From Candidatus Latescibacterota bacterium (GTDB lineage: Bacteria > Latescibacterota > UBA2968 > UBA8231): 64,000 bases of DNA. Below are positions 19,391-28,755 of the stretch, one piece after another (position 1 is the stretch's first letter; each line of letters opens with the position of its first letter). The position numbers were made by a program, and so were the translations under genes. Under the pieces are notes generated by a model that did no database searches, was not told the origin of the DNA, and saw only the letters and a program-made list of their open reading frames with translations. Location: contig CBDCDC010000001.1 in NCBI GenBank assembly GCA_965215195.1, positions 160,001 to 224,000 of the forward strand. The letters run 5' to 3'.

Positions 19391-22066
19391 TTAGCCAATG
19401 TAGACCCTAAAGAAATATTCTAGGAAACCGTCTTGGGGTCGGGTCGAGCCGGTGAATTTCTTAATCGTATGATATCCTCCCAACAGTAGAGTCAGGTCGT
19501 AGCCGCGGTAATTGCTCTTGTTCTGGAAAAATGCCGTGTAGGTCAGGCGCGTGAACTCACTCTCTGGACGGGCCGCATCGAGAAAACGCTCGCGCCAGAA
19601 AGGCAAGCCTTGGATTCCCGTTTTGAGGACGGTCTTAGCCGTCAACTGATAGTCCACGCGCAGAATGGGCATGAGCCAGCGGCTCTGGGTGTCCGGGATC
19701 TGGAGTTCGGACGACTTGTGTCGCTGGTAGATATGCTTGAACTGGGGGAGAATGCTGAAACGTCCCCGGGTTATGGTGTAGTCGACCTTGTTCACCATGG
19801 CAAAACGGGTCATCGTGCCCGGTTTGGTTGCTACGGGATCGGCTAGGATCTGTCCCTCTAGGTCGATATGGGTAAAGGAGATGATATTGCGCATGTTCAA
19901 CACCGGCAGAGTCGTCAGAGCCCACTCAAAAAAGCTCTGGTTGTTGAGGCTGTTCCTGTTTTCCAGCCGGTCCGGGCTTAAGGTGGTGTCGGAAGTGGGG
20001 ATAAAGGTCGTATTTTGGATGTTGTCCTTCACCCGCTTAATGCGGTGATTAAGGCGCACATAGCCCCAATTTTTCCAGTCGCGCTGGTACTGGGTTTCCA
20101 GATAGCGGGAGTGGTTGCGCGTACCCAGGACTGGCTGACGCACCCGGTACAGGCCCAGCCGTAGCTGCGTGCGCTCAGTAGGTTGTAGCGAGACAAAACC
20201 ATGAAAGCCGCGATGGTCCACTGGATATAGGTAGTCGGGCAGATTGTCGTTTTCGCGAAAATCGACTGTGCCGTTGTTGTCGAAATCATCTCCGAAAACC
20301 AAGTTGGGCAGTTCGGCATAGTAGCCTATAAAGGGTTGTGTTGCATCGGAACCCCGATCCAAGTCTAGGTTGAAATCGAGGATACCGTCGCCATTAGGAT
20401 CGAAGCCGGGGAACACGCCGTGGCCTTGGCCGCTGGCGCTCTTGTAGGGGGCCAATGGATCGTCGCGTTCTACCCGATCGGGCCAGTCGTCCAGATCGTC
20501 GTTATCCTCGACTAGTGCGAACGAATCGTAAAGTCGGCCGCCGACGGTAGGGCCTACCTTGGAAGAAAAAAACAAAGAGAAATCTGTGGTGTAGTCGTGC
20601 GGCACATCGAATAACTCAAAGCCTACCTCTGCCCGGTTGTATATAGGACGCAGCATATTGACATAATACATTGAACTTTCGCGCTTGTAGCGCTTGCCTC
20701 GAGCTGCGGGCACCTTAAAAAAGGTCGTGCTGCGGGCGAGTTCTCCCTCTAATTGAAAGCCCATAAAGGTGGCTGCAAAATTAAAACCGAGTAGCGAGAG
20801 GCCAGTGGGAAAACCGTAGTTAAAGCGGATTTGGCGCAAATTGCTGCGCTGGCCAGCTTGGCCGGTGGCGCGTGCCGCATTGTACCAGTCGTAGTAAAAA
20901 TCATCATCGCCCGGTGCCAATAGGGGTACCTGTACGGCTCCGACCACATCTAGGCTGTAGTCATTGGCCACGACGGCACTGAAATCGATCCGGCTCACCG
21001 TATCAGGCACGACGTATTCATAATAGATGACGTCCGTGTCGTGGGCACTAAGGGGGGTGGCTTGAGTGGCGGGGGCTACATCTTGGGTAATGCCGGCTAG
21101 CAGAGAACGAAAAAAAGGCGTATTGCTGGCATCGACCACTGCGTGCAGCCAGTCGCGATTGCGGCGCAAATAGCCGATTTCGTGTGGTTGCAACAGGATC
21201 GTGCTGCTCAGATCTGTAGTCACCGGAATGTGTTCGAGCAGATTACTGATCCGGCCCACCCGCACCGGCAGTACGGGGACATCGTTTACGAACATATCCA
21301 GTTGATGCACTTCGGCACCAGAGCCTTTGTGCGGCGCATCGTCGCTAATAAAAACGAATACCTTGCGCAAGCCGTCCTGCATTACCTGAGGCACGGTGCC
21401 TCTCAAGCTGTTGGTTTTGGCATTAGCTTCGGCGTCAAAGCGATGCACGTTGACATAGGTGGATCCTATCTTGAGGATATCGCCGATCTGGCTCTCCCAG
21501 TGCCCGCCGAACAGGCTCGTACCAAAAATCCGGCGTTGGGTTGCGTTTTGTTCGAGGGATCCTAAACCCGATGCAATCACCGGATCGGTGAGATGCGTGC
21601 CAATAATGCTGAAACGGCTCTTGCGGGAAGAGCCGTCCCAGCGAATGCCGTTGTAGCTAGGCAGATTCAAGGTCATCGGGGTGAAGAAGGTGCGGATATG
21701 GTCCCCAATTATCAAGCGGGTGGACCAGGAGCCGAAGCCCTCGTTGGCGATGATCAGCTTCTGGAAGAAGCGATCGTAGCGCGCATTGCGAGATTCAAAG
21801 CTGCCCCTAATCCCGGGTGCGTCCCGGCGAATTTCGCTGTAATCAACCACATTGACACCATCGATCAGCAGGTCGCCGAACAGGTCGAAGCGGCGATTCT
21901 CATCTTCTAGGTCATAGTCGCGATAGCCCGATGCACCGTAGTTTTCAAACAGCTCGTTGGCCCACAAGCGCCGGTAGTCCCGCGATAGAAATTGGCCCTC
22001 GACTAGATCGGCACCAACTGCTAGCAGGAGACAAAGAATGCTAAGGGCATAGCTGGGAGTGTGCAT
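19391..22066 (-). CDS. Large exported, putative outer-membrane protein, paralog A
   Basis: Signal peptide; IIGDHIRTFFTPMTL...GIRWD, VEDNDDLDDWPD, GVFPGFDPNGDGILD, RENDNLPDYLY; ends YFFRVYIG. Start uncertain (22066-22111). Confidence 0.8.
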   Translation of the reverse strand: MHTPSYALSILCLLLAVGADLVEGQFLSRDYRRLWANELFENYGASGYRDYDLEDENRRFDLFGDLLIDGVNVVDYSEIRRDAPGIRGSFESRNARYDRFFQKLIIANEGFGSWSTRLIIGDHIRTFFTPMTLNLPSYNGIRWDGSSRKSRFSIIGTHLTDPVIASGLGSLEQNATQRRIFGTSLFGGHWESQIGDILKIGSTYVNVHRFDAEANAKTNSLRGTVPQVMQDGLRKVFVFISDDAPHKGSGAEVHQLDMFVNDVPVLPVRVGRISNLLEHIPVTTDLSSTILLQPHEIGYLRRNRDWLHAVVDASNTPFFRSLLAGITQDVAPATQATPLSAHDTDVIYYEYVVPDTVSRIDFSAVVANDYSLDVVGAVQVPLLAPGDDDFYYDWYNAARATGQAGQRSNLRQIRFNYGFPTGLSLLGFNFAATFMGFQLEGELARSTTFFKVPAARGKRYKRESSMYYVNMLRPIYNRAEVGFELFDVPHDYTTDFSLFFSSKVGPTVGGRLYDSFALVEDNDDLDDWPDRVERDDPLAPYKSASGQGHGVFPGFDPNGDGILDFNLDLDRGSDATQPFIGYYAELPNLVFGDDFDNNGTVDFRENDNLPDYLYPVDHRGFHGFVSLQPTERTQLRLGLYRVRQPVLGTRNHSRYLETQYQRDWKNWGYVRLNHRIKRVKDNIQNTTFIPTSDTTLSPDRLENRNSLNNQSFFEWALTTLPVLNMRNIISFTHIDLEGQILADPVATKPGTMTRFAMVNKVDYTITRGRFSILPQFKHIYQRHKSSELQIPDTQSRWLMPILRVDYQLTAKTVLKTGIQGLPFWRERFLDAARPESEFTRLTYTAFFQNKSNYRGYDLTLLLGGYHTIKKFTGSTRPQDGFLEYFFRVYIG

Positions 22067-22125
22067 AAATGCACGTTTCATAACGCGAATTACAATAGCC
22101 CCAAGACACAAGGCGAAAAATGATT

Positions 22126-22143
22126 ACCCGAGCCATCTCGGGT
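22126..22143 (-). terminator. Short intra-operon stem-loop
   Basis: ACCCGAG-CCAT-CTCGGGT perfect 7-bp stem, followed on the minus strand by AATCATTTTT. Confidence 0.35.
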
Positions 22144-22181
22144 GAACAGTAAACGACCGCGAACGCTTTGACCTACGCGCT

Positions 22182-24323
22182 TCAGTAAGCCAACCCGATG
22201 ACGCCCGTGCCTACTTTTTTGTTGGGTTTTAGGTCTACGACAATGCGAAACACGTACAAGCCGGGCGGCAGTACTTCACCGTCATCTCCGCGTCCGTCCC
22301 AGCGACCGGGCAGATTGGCGTTGAGGCCATCTCTAGGTACATAATTCCCGGCATTGAGGGTGTGCATAGGGAGAGTACAGACCAAGTGGCCTCCCAGATC
22401 GTAGATTTCAAAGTGGACCTGGGCATCATGCACTCGTCCCAAAACAAAACCCAAAATGGCTTCGTCGTTGATGGTGTCGCCATTAGGCGTGAAGGTTGCA
22501 GGATGGGCCTTCACATTATCGAGAATAGCAATGTCGAAATCGGTTGCCGAGGCAGTGATGGAATACGCCAATCCAGTATTTGGATTGGTACCCTCGCGCT
22601 CTTGGACCCGCAGCGAGGAGACCGCATCGGGCGGAGAAAGCAATCCCTGGAAGGCGTGGCTAGCCGCTAGCAGCCGGGTAGTAAAGGGTATAACCAGTTC
22701 CGTAGTGCCGGTTTCAGAGGTAATAGGCGGGTCGAAAACCAACACTAGGGAATCGTTACTGGCCACTACATCGGCAATGCCGGCATCACCCAAGCCTTGG
22801 ACGGAGGGCTTGTCCAGACTGGCCGGCCACGGAGTTGTAATCGCCAAGCGTCCAATCCCGGCATCATCCGCTTTGATGTCTAGTTCGAGCGTATAGGTAA
22901 AAAGCGTATCCACGCCAATCGAAGCGCGTAGCGGCAAGATGGAAGCTGCTGCGCGAGAGGCCGGGGTGGGACCGCTGTCGTAGAAGACAACTAGGCTGTC
23001 TAGCACTGGCCCCTCCGTCAACGCTTGGGTCGCAAGGCGGGATTCGAATTGCAGGAAACGGCGCGGTTCAGGGACGTCCAGCAGTCTATCGAGGGCCGGT
23101 GCCCAGTCCGACCAGGCACTCCAGCTTTGGCCATCGTCGCCACTGCGAAAGCGCAGACTCATTTCCGCGTTGGACGGTACTTGGCCGAACCATTGGACTC
23201 GTTCAAAATTCTTCAGATCATCGGTGCCCAGATTTAGCTGGGGAGACCGGTAGATACCCTGCTGGTCCAGTCCTTGAACATAGACTTCCAGTTCACCCAC
23301 CCGCGGCGCAGCATTGCGATTGGAAAACTCGGTGATAGTCAGGCGCACGTGACGGGCGGAAATGGGCGGAAAGACCACTTCGCTCTCCTGAAATGTGGCA
23401 ATCTGATTATGCGATCCGACTTCTAGGAATCCGACCCCGTCCTTGCTCACTAGAATGCTATACCCGCGCAGCGAGAGATCTTCGTAACTGGTTCTACCCG
23501 AAGGGGGCTGTGTGATTACCCGCACCCGTTCAATGGAGAACAGGCGGCCCAGATCGGTTCCAACACTCTGTAAAAGCGCACCAGCTCCCTTGCGAAAATT
23601 CACCGAAGTGCTGAGGTTGCCGTCCACCATATTGGGCTCGGTCGACAGCGTATTGAAGGCCATATTCTGGCCGGCCAAATCGCGTAGTTGCAACCCGCCT
23701 TGATGGCCGGCCAAGCCACCGGCAAACCCTGCCATACTCTGATTCCTAGTCAGATCCAAATCCGCAAATTCGGCATAGATACCCGGAGCGAGATTGCCAG
23801 CCTGAACGGGTTGCCAATGCACGGCTCCGCCATTTTCCTCGTAATCTCCTAAATTTCTCTGGCGGAGGGTCATCCAATCCGCATCTTCCTCGTTGGGAAG
23901 CGGGGTGCCAGTCCAGAACCAAGGATTGACCCGACCCGTGGGCGAACTGACAAAGCGCTCTTCCCCCCCACTCAGCACACAGAACAGTCCGTACGGACTC
24001 TGCCTACCATCGTGTTGGACGATTACGGCTACGTGATTCACCCGGCGCTTAAAGGAAACTTCGTAGGATTGTGCCGCATCAGGCCCCTGAGCACTGCCCA
24101 CTAGATCGCCGTTGAGATAGAGGGTATAGTGGCCCCCGACGGCAATCTGGAGCTGGCCGTCCGTCTTACTTGCGAACTCGAAAAAACCGAGATAATACGT
24201 GGTCGTGGGCCAGCTAGAGATAGCGGCGCGCACGAGTTCTTGGGATGACAGGGTACTGCCGTACAGCAGTATCGCCAAGGCCATCAGAACCGCTGGCAGG
24301 CAAAAGGATTTATCGGTTTGCAC
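22182..24323 (-). CDS. Exported protein with discoidin/F5-8-like domain and TPNGD-FlgD-like C-terminal domain
   Basis: Signal peptide; DLGRLFSIERVRVI...ARHVRLTI...VGELEVY; tail FTPNGDTIND...IYDLGG...WDGRGDDGEVLPPGLY...IGLAY. Confidence 0.75.
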   Translation of the reverse strand: MQTDKSFCLPAVLMALAILLYGSTLSSQELVRAAISSWPTTTYYLGFFEFASKTDGQLQIAVGGHYTLYLNGDLVGSAQGPDAAQSYEVSFKRRVNHVAVIVQHDGRQSPYGLFCVLSGGEERFVSSPTGRVNPWFWTGTPLPNEEDADWMTLRQRNLGDYEENGGAVHWQPVQAGNLAPGIYAEFADLDLTRNQSMAGFAGGLAGHQGGLQLRDLAGQNMAFNTLSTEPNMVDGNLSTSVNFRKGAGALLQSVGTDLGRLFSIERVRVITQPPSGRTSYEDLSLRGYSILVSKDGVGFLEVGSHNQIATFQESEVVFPPISARHVRLTITEFSNRNAAPRVGELEVYVQGLDQQGIYRSPQLNLGTDDLKNFERVQWFGQVPSNAEMSLRFRSGDDGQSWSAWSDWAPALDRLLDVPEPRRFLQFESRLATQALTEGPVLDSLVVFYDSGPTPASRAAASILPLRASIGVDTLFTYTLELDIKADDAGIGRLAITTPWPASLDKPSVQGLGDAGIADVVASNDSLVLVFDPPITSETGTTELVIPFTTRLLAASHAFQGLLSPPDAVSSLRVQEREGTNPNTGLAYSITASATDFDIAILDNVKAHPATFTPNGDTINDEAILGFVLGRVHDAQVHFEIYDLGGHLVCTLPMHTLNAGNYVPRDGLNANLPGRWDGRGDDGEVLPPGLYVFRIVVDLKPNKKVGTGVIGLAY

Positions 24324-24339
24324 CGTTGTTTACCTACAT

Positions 24340-24374
24340 AAAAAGTGCTGCCGGCTGGTACGCCGGCAGCACTT
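24340..24374 (-). terminator. Rho-independent terminator/stabilising hairpin after the first operon gene
   Basis: AAGTGCTGCCGGC-TGGTAC-GCCGGCAGCACTT perfect 13-bp stem; short U tract on the minus strand. Confidence 0.75.
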
Positions 24375-24389
24375 ACTTAGTCAGTTACT

Positions 24390-26291
24390 TTACTTGAGGA
24401 ATGTGACCTTTTTACTCAACTGCAGATTGGGTGCTTCAATCCGGTAGAGGTACACCCCAGTGGATACTTCTGTACCGCTGTCATCCTTGCCGTCCCACGT
24501 GACCGAGAATTTACCTGGACCCATAACCTGATTGGCCAACACGCGCACCAACTGGCCAGTCTGGCTGTAGACCTTGATCTGGATCGGTGCCTGCCAAGGC
24601 AGGTCGAAGCGAATCGTAGTCTCGGGGTTGAAGGGATTGGGGTACGCATTGCCCAGCGCAGGAGCGTTGGGTAATGCGGCACCTTCCAACGCTTCGATCG
24701 CAGTGCTGGCCGAGCCCAAAAGCACCTGCTTCTGATCATAAGGGAACTGGGCCACCGGATGGGTGGGCGGCACTGCGCCGCTATCCTCGGGCACCCATTC
24801 GTTAGAAGCTAGGGCATCGCCGAAACCGCCGATAATCATGTACACGCCGTCCCAGTCGGCACCCTCGTCGACCACGGCCACGTGCTGCGACCAAGTCAAC
24901 GGGGCCTGCTTGGGCTCGAACTTGAACAGACCGGAGCCGTCTTCACCCAGCATGGCACCAAAACTGGTGTTGTCCAAGCCGTTTTCACAGACCGAGACCC
25001 AGCCCCACTTATTGGCGAAAATCGAGTACTTGAAGTTGGGTGCTTCGGTGTGGCCGTAGAGCAGGTCGCCAAACGTGCCGTCTTCCGAATTGAAAGCGCG
25101 GGTATCGCCAAAGCCATCGCCGTTGCGGTTCATCCACATCAGATCGCCATCGTAGCTGTGGCGCACAATGCACGAGGTGTGGTGTGAGGTAGTGGTGATG
25201 CCTTCAGGAGGGGGCTCGCCATTGTAAAAGGCTGCCGTCTCCATAGGCCCCCCGACGCGGTCGGAGCCTGCATTATCGTAGATAAACAGGTCGGTCACGT
25301 CCCAAGTGTCCAGCTTGGCACCAGTCTCGACATCGTAGGATACGATCTGGGCCACCGTGCCGGTCACGCCGGCCGTGACGTAGGCGACGGTCTTGTCGGG
25401 ATTGGTAATGAGGGTGCGCTGTCCCGGGCTGCCGGGCAGTTCCTCAATGTTGATGATGCCGTCCTCAGCGCCGTTGTCAATGCCCCAGTCCTCCACCGGA
25501 GCTAGGCGATTGGAACTCCAGTCCACGGTCCAGCGCATGAGGCGGTTGGACTGGCCGATGCCGATGAACTCGGTCATATCGCTGTTGAGCGGCACACCGG
25601 ATAGCGGCACGCCACCGCCCGCGTCGGTGATGGCAGTCTGGTCGATCAGATCGAATCCCTCGAAGTTCTCGATCCAGTCGTTGTTCATATTGTTGTTGCG
25701 GGTATGATCGAAAACGCGGTTGTTGCCCGTGTCGATGATGAAGCGACCCGGAGTTCCCAGTTTGCGGAAGACGGCACCAGCTACCAGATGGGGCGCGGCT
25801 TCGTCGTCAAAGGCGGCCAAGAACAGCTTGTAGCTTCCTGCGGGCACCGCGTTGCCGTCGTTGTCGCGGCCGTTCCAAACGATGGCGTTGTCTCCTTCTT
25901 CAAAGCGCTGGCCGTTGGACTTGAACACGAGGGGATTGACCCCTTCGTACACGTGCCAGCCCGGATCGGGATGCTCGGGATCGTTATAGGGTCCCGGTCC
26001 TTCGCCCGCGATGGTCAGAGGGGGATTCGCGTCAGCATGGTAGATGATCAGCCAGACTGTGGCACCGCTACCCGAAAGGGTAAAAGGGATCTCCAAGTCC
26101 GAACCATCAAAAGCGTAGCTGGATACATCTGACAAGCCTTCGATCTCCAAGACCGTAGGACTGCCGCCGCTAGTCATATCGGACAGGCTGGTGACATCGG
26201 GATTACCAGCATGGACGAACTGGGCGTTGGCCGTTCCTGCTGCAAGCAGTAGGGATGCCGCCCCTATGGCAATACTTCTCAAGAAGTTCAT
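24390..26291 (-). CDS. Secreted acidic protein with N-terminal FlgD-like domain and T9SS type A/FlgD-like C-terminal domain
   Basis: Signal peptide (..TANA/Q); IVWNGRDNDGNAVPAGSY; tail AYPNPFNPETTIRFDLP...WDGKDDSGTEVSTGVYLYRI...KKVTFLK. Confidence 0.8.
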   Translation of the reverse strand: MNFLRSIAIGAASLLLAAGTANAQFVHAGNPDVTSLSDMTSGGSPTVLEIEGLSDVSSYAFDGSDLEIPFTLSGSGATVWLIIYHADANPPLTIAGEGPGPYNDPEHPDPGWHVYEGVNPLVFKSNGQRFEEGDNAIVWNGRDNDGNAVPAGSYKLFLAAFDDEAAPHLVAGAVFRKLGTPGRFIIDTGNNRVFDHTRNNNMNNDWIENFEGFDLIDQTAITDAGGGVPLSGVPLNSDMTEFIGIGQSNRLMRWTVDWSSNRLAPVEDWGIDNGAEDGIINIEELPGSPGQRTLITNPDKTVAYVTAGVTGTVAQIVSYDVETGAKLDTWDVTDLFIYDNAGSDRVGGPMETAAFYNGEPPPEGITTTSHHTSCIVRHSYDGDLMWMNRNGDGFGDTRAFNSEDGTFGDLLYGHTEAPNFKYSIFANKWGWVSVCENGLDNTSFGAMLGEDGSGLFKFEPKQAPLTWSQHVAVVDEGADWDGVYMIIGGFGDALASNEWVPEDSGAVPPTHPVAQFPYDQKQVLLGSASTAIEALEGAALPNAPALGNAYPNPFNPETTIRFDLPWQAPIQIKVYSQTGQLVRVLANQVMGPGKFSVTWDGKDDSGTEVSTGVYLYRIEAPNLQLSKKVTFLK

Positions 26292-26405
26292 TTCTTCTCC
26301 TCGTCTCCTTCGTTTAGTTAAAGCGTGATTTTTCGTTAAGTAATTTTAGAAAGCAAAATTCAATACCTTAGCCTCCTTTCTTAAAATTCCGGGTGGTTTG
26401 CCGTA

Positions 26406-26432
26406 TGATAAGTTGATTTTTTTCAATTATCA
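26406..26432. promoter_or_regulatory. AT-rich inverted repeat, candidate operator for the large operon
   Basis: TGATAAGTTGATTTTTTTCAATTATCA: arms TGATAA(G)TTGA and TCAATTATCA; loosely Fur-box-like. Confidence 0.35.
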
Positions 26433-26529
26433 ATGATTTTTTGCGCTCATTTGTTCTATCCTCCTTGAACGGAGGAATTGCCGAAGTATTCACGATGGTG
26501 AAACGACGGTTTGGTTCGCATCGCGGCCT

Positions 26530-28614
26530 TCACACTTCCACGTTCAACGCGCTGACCACGCCTGGTACGCCCATGCTATTCAAGGCGCGCATCTCCAGCA
26601 CGTTCAGTCCTTCGTGCAGCGACCAGTCGATCTGGGCCGGCCTCTCCTGCCATGATTGCCCATCGATCCGCACTTGGAAGGCCAGAAAACCGGGCGTTTC
26701 CGTGTCCAAGTAAATGCGCAACTGGCGTTCGCCAATAGCCTCGGCGACGTACCGCGTTTGATTGAGCGTTGGGTAGAAATCCGCCCGCCGGTTGGTATGC
26801 TGGGCAAAGTGGGGTAGCGGCGGGACTTGGTCGTCGGCCCAGTTGAGATAGCCGTTCCACGACCACACTTCGGTACCTTGGCTCACCGGCAGGGGCCGGG
26901 GCCGGCTGAACACGTCAAAGCGCGGCACGATGCGGAAGTGGCAAAACGAGCGGAATAAAAAGAGCGCACCCTCCGCAGTGGAATGTTGGTAGTCTCCATC
27001 GTAGAAGGCAATGGGCAGGTCTTTTACAAGCGCCTCCAAGTCTTGGTGAAAAAGATACGGGCGATCCCAGCGTTCGGGACGCTCCAGCCGTGCGGCCAGC
27101 ACTTGGTGGATTTCTTGGGTGTCTAGCGGCACCAAGGTTCGGGGGTCGTACCAGTAGTAATCGCGGGTGGCGTCTAAGTGCATCCACTTGCCGTAGTCAT
27201 TGGACCAGACCTCGGCGATTTCGTGGCCGGTCATACCCTCGCTGTGGAAATTGAGGTGGCGGGCGGGGATGCCCATGCTCAGACAGGCGGCCACCAGAAC
27301 CACATTGGGATACAGGCACATGTGGTCGCGCCGCCGCTGGTCGTACTGGTTCATCCGAATGGCGCCGTTCTCGTCCCGTTCAAGACAGACCCAAGCGAGC
27401 GGGTCCCACGGGAAATGGCTGCAGTCGCTCAAGGGGATGTGATACGCCCAGCGGTGCAGCCGCGCAATTTTATCGAATTCAGTCTGTGCCCCAGCCACTA
27501 CCGCGTCTAGTTCGCATTGCTGGCGCAAATCCCGCAGTGGCTGGGCGCGATAGTCTTCATACGGCATGGGGATAGACGGCCTTAGAATTTGGGCGTTCTT
27601 GGTGCTGACCAAACGGCCTGTAAACCGCTCCCCTTGCTGGAAGTCGGCGTTGATCTGGACGCTTTTGAGCACCGGGGATTGCAACCTGTCTGCGGCTAAA
27701 AAACCGACTTTCCACTGGAGATAGCGGCCTCTGACTGTTGCCGGTTGTCCGCCATAGACCTGCCAGTCGCTCCAGTGGTCTGGATCCCAGACGGGACGAG
27801 AGCCGGTTCGCAAGGCCCAATTGAGCCGGGTGCCGGCGGGGATATCCGCGTCCCAGTCGAGGGTTATGCGCTGCAGGCTACGCTCGCTTTTAACAGCGTC
27901 TTCCGGCTCGCCAGCCGCGTCGATCACCTTAGAGACCAGCTCGCCATTGCTGCGAAAGCGGTCAAGGGCCAGCCGCAGCACGTATTCCCCGCGTTCTTCT
28001 TCCCAAGTTTGGCCCCCATCGGCACTATGGCGGCTGGCGTAGGGAAGCGTTACTGGATCGACCATGCCTTTGTAAAAATCGCGGTAGTCCGCCACCATTA
28101 GCTGCCAGCCAGCCAAGCCCTCTACTGCGGCCACTTCAATCACATTTTCGCCTAGCCGCAGCGTCTCTGGCGGAATATCCACATAGTACCAGCGGCTCCA
28201 ACTCCACTGCCCCACCAGCAACTCCCAGTACTGGTTGGCATGGGGTGCGGCTTGGCGCGAAGGGGGACGCAGGACTGGGTGACCGTTTATTGTAAACTGG
28301 AGGGTGGATTGGTTGTCTTGGCGTTCCTTGGCTATAAACGCCAACTGGGTTCCAAGCACAGCCGGATCATCCAACTGTAGGGTTTTGCGGAACACTGTCT
28401 GGCCGCTCACCTCGACAAAAGGCTCGATGTCTTCTTGGTCTGAACGGCCCGAGCCGGGCGCGTCGTTGTCGATCACTTGGCCGCGAAACAAGCGGATGCC
28501 CTCGTCCGGCTGACCCATCCACAGATCCGTCGTTTTGGCGGCGCTAGTGTAGGCCTCTTCGGCTTTCGTAAAAATGGTAACGCGTTGCTCTTTGCGGGCA
28601 GTAGAGACCGTCAT
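26530..28614 (-). CDS. Transglutaminase-like domain protein
   Basis: Cys-His-Asp triad context: MCLYPNVVLVAACLSMGIPAR...GHEIAEVWSNDYGKWMHLD. Confidence 0.8.
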   Translation of the reverse strand: MTVSTARKEQRVTIFTKAEEAYTSAAKTTDLWMGQPDEGIRLFRGQVIDNDAPGSGRSDQEDIEPFVEVSGQTVFRKTLQLDDPAVLGTQLAFIAKERQDNQSTLQFTINGHPVLRPPSRQAAPHANQYWELLVGQWSWSRWYYVDIPPETLRLGENVIEVAAVEGLAGWQLMVADYRDFYKGMVDPVTLPYASRHSADGGQTWEEERGEYVLRLALDRFRSNGELVSKVIDAAGEPEDAVKSERSLQRITLDWDADIPAGTRLNWALRTGSRPVWDPDHWSDWQVYGGQPATVRGRYLQWKVGFLAADRLQSPVLKSVQINADFQQGERFTGRLVSTKNAQILRPSIPMPYEDYRAQPLRDLRQQCELDAVVAGAQTEFDKIARLHRWAYHIPLSDCSHFPWDPLAWVCLERDENGAIRMNQYDQRRRDHMCLYPNVVLVAACLSMGIPARHLNFHSEGMTGHEIAEVWSNDYGKWMHLDATRDYYWYDPRTLVPLDTQEIHQVLAARLERPERWDRPYLFHQDLEALVKDLPIAFYDGDYQHSTAEGALFLFRSFCHFRIVPRFDVFSRPRPLPVSQGTEVWSWNGYLNWADDQVPPLPHFAQHTNRRADFYPTLNQTRYVAEAIGERQLRIYLDTETPGFLAFQVRIDGQSWQERPAQIDWSLHEGLNVLEMRALNSMGVPGVVSALNVEV

Positions 28615-28755
28615 TGCACTTCCTTCCGTCAATGGAGCTTACTGGCAGCAGAAAGTGATTTATAGTATATATGGCCTGACAGCACAAGAGGTTTTTCATC
28701 CTTTGCGTAGGTTGCGCATCCGATCCATCCTTGGCGCAAGCATTGGAGTTAGCGG

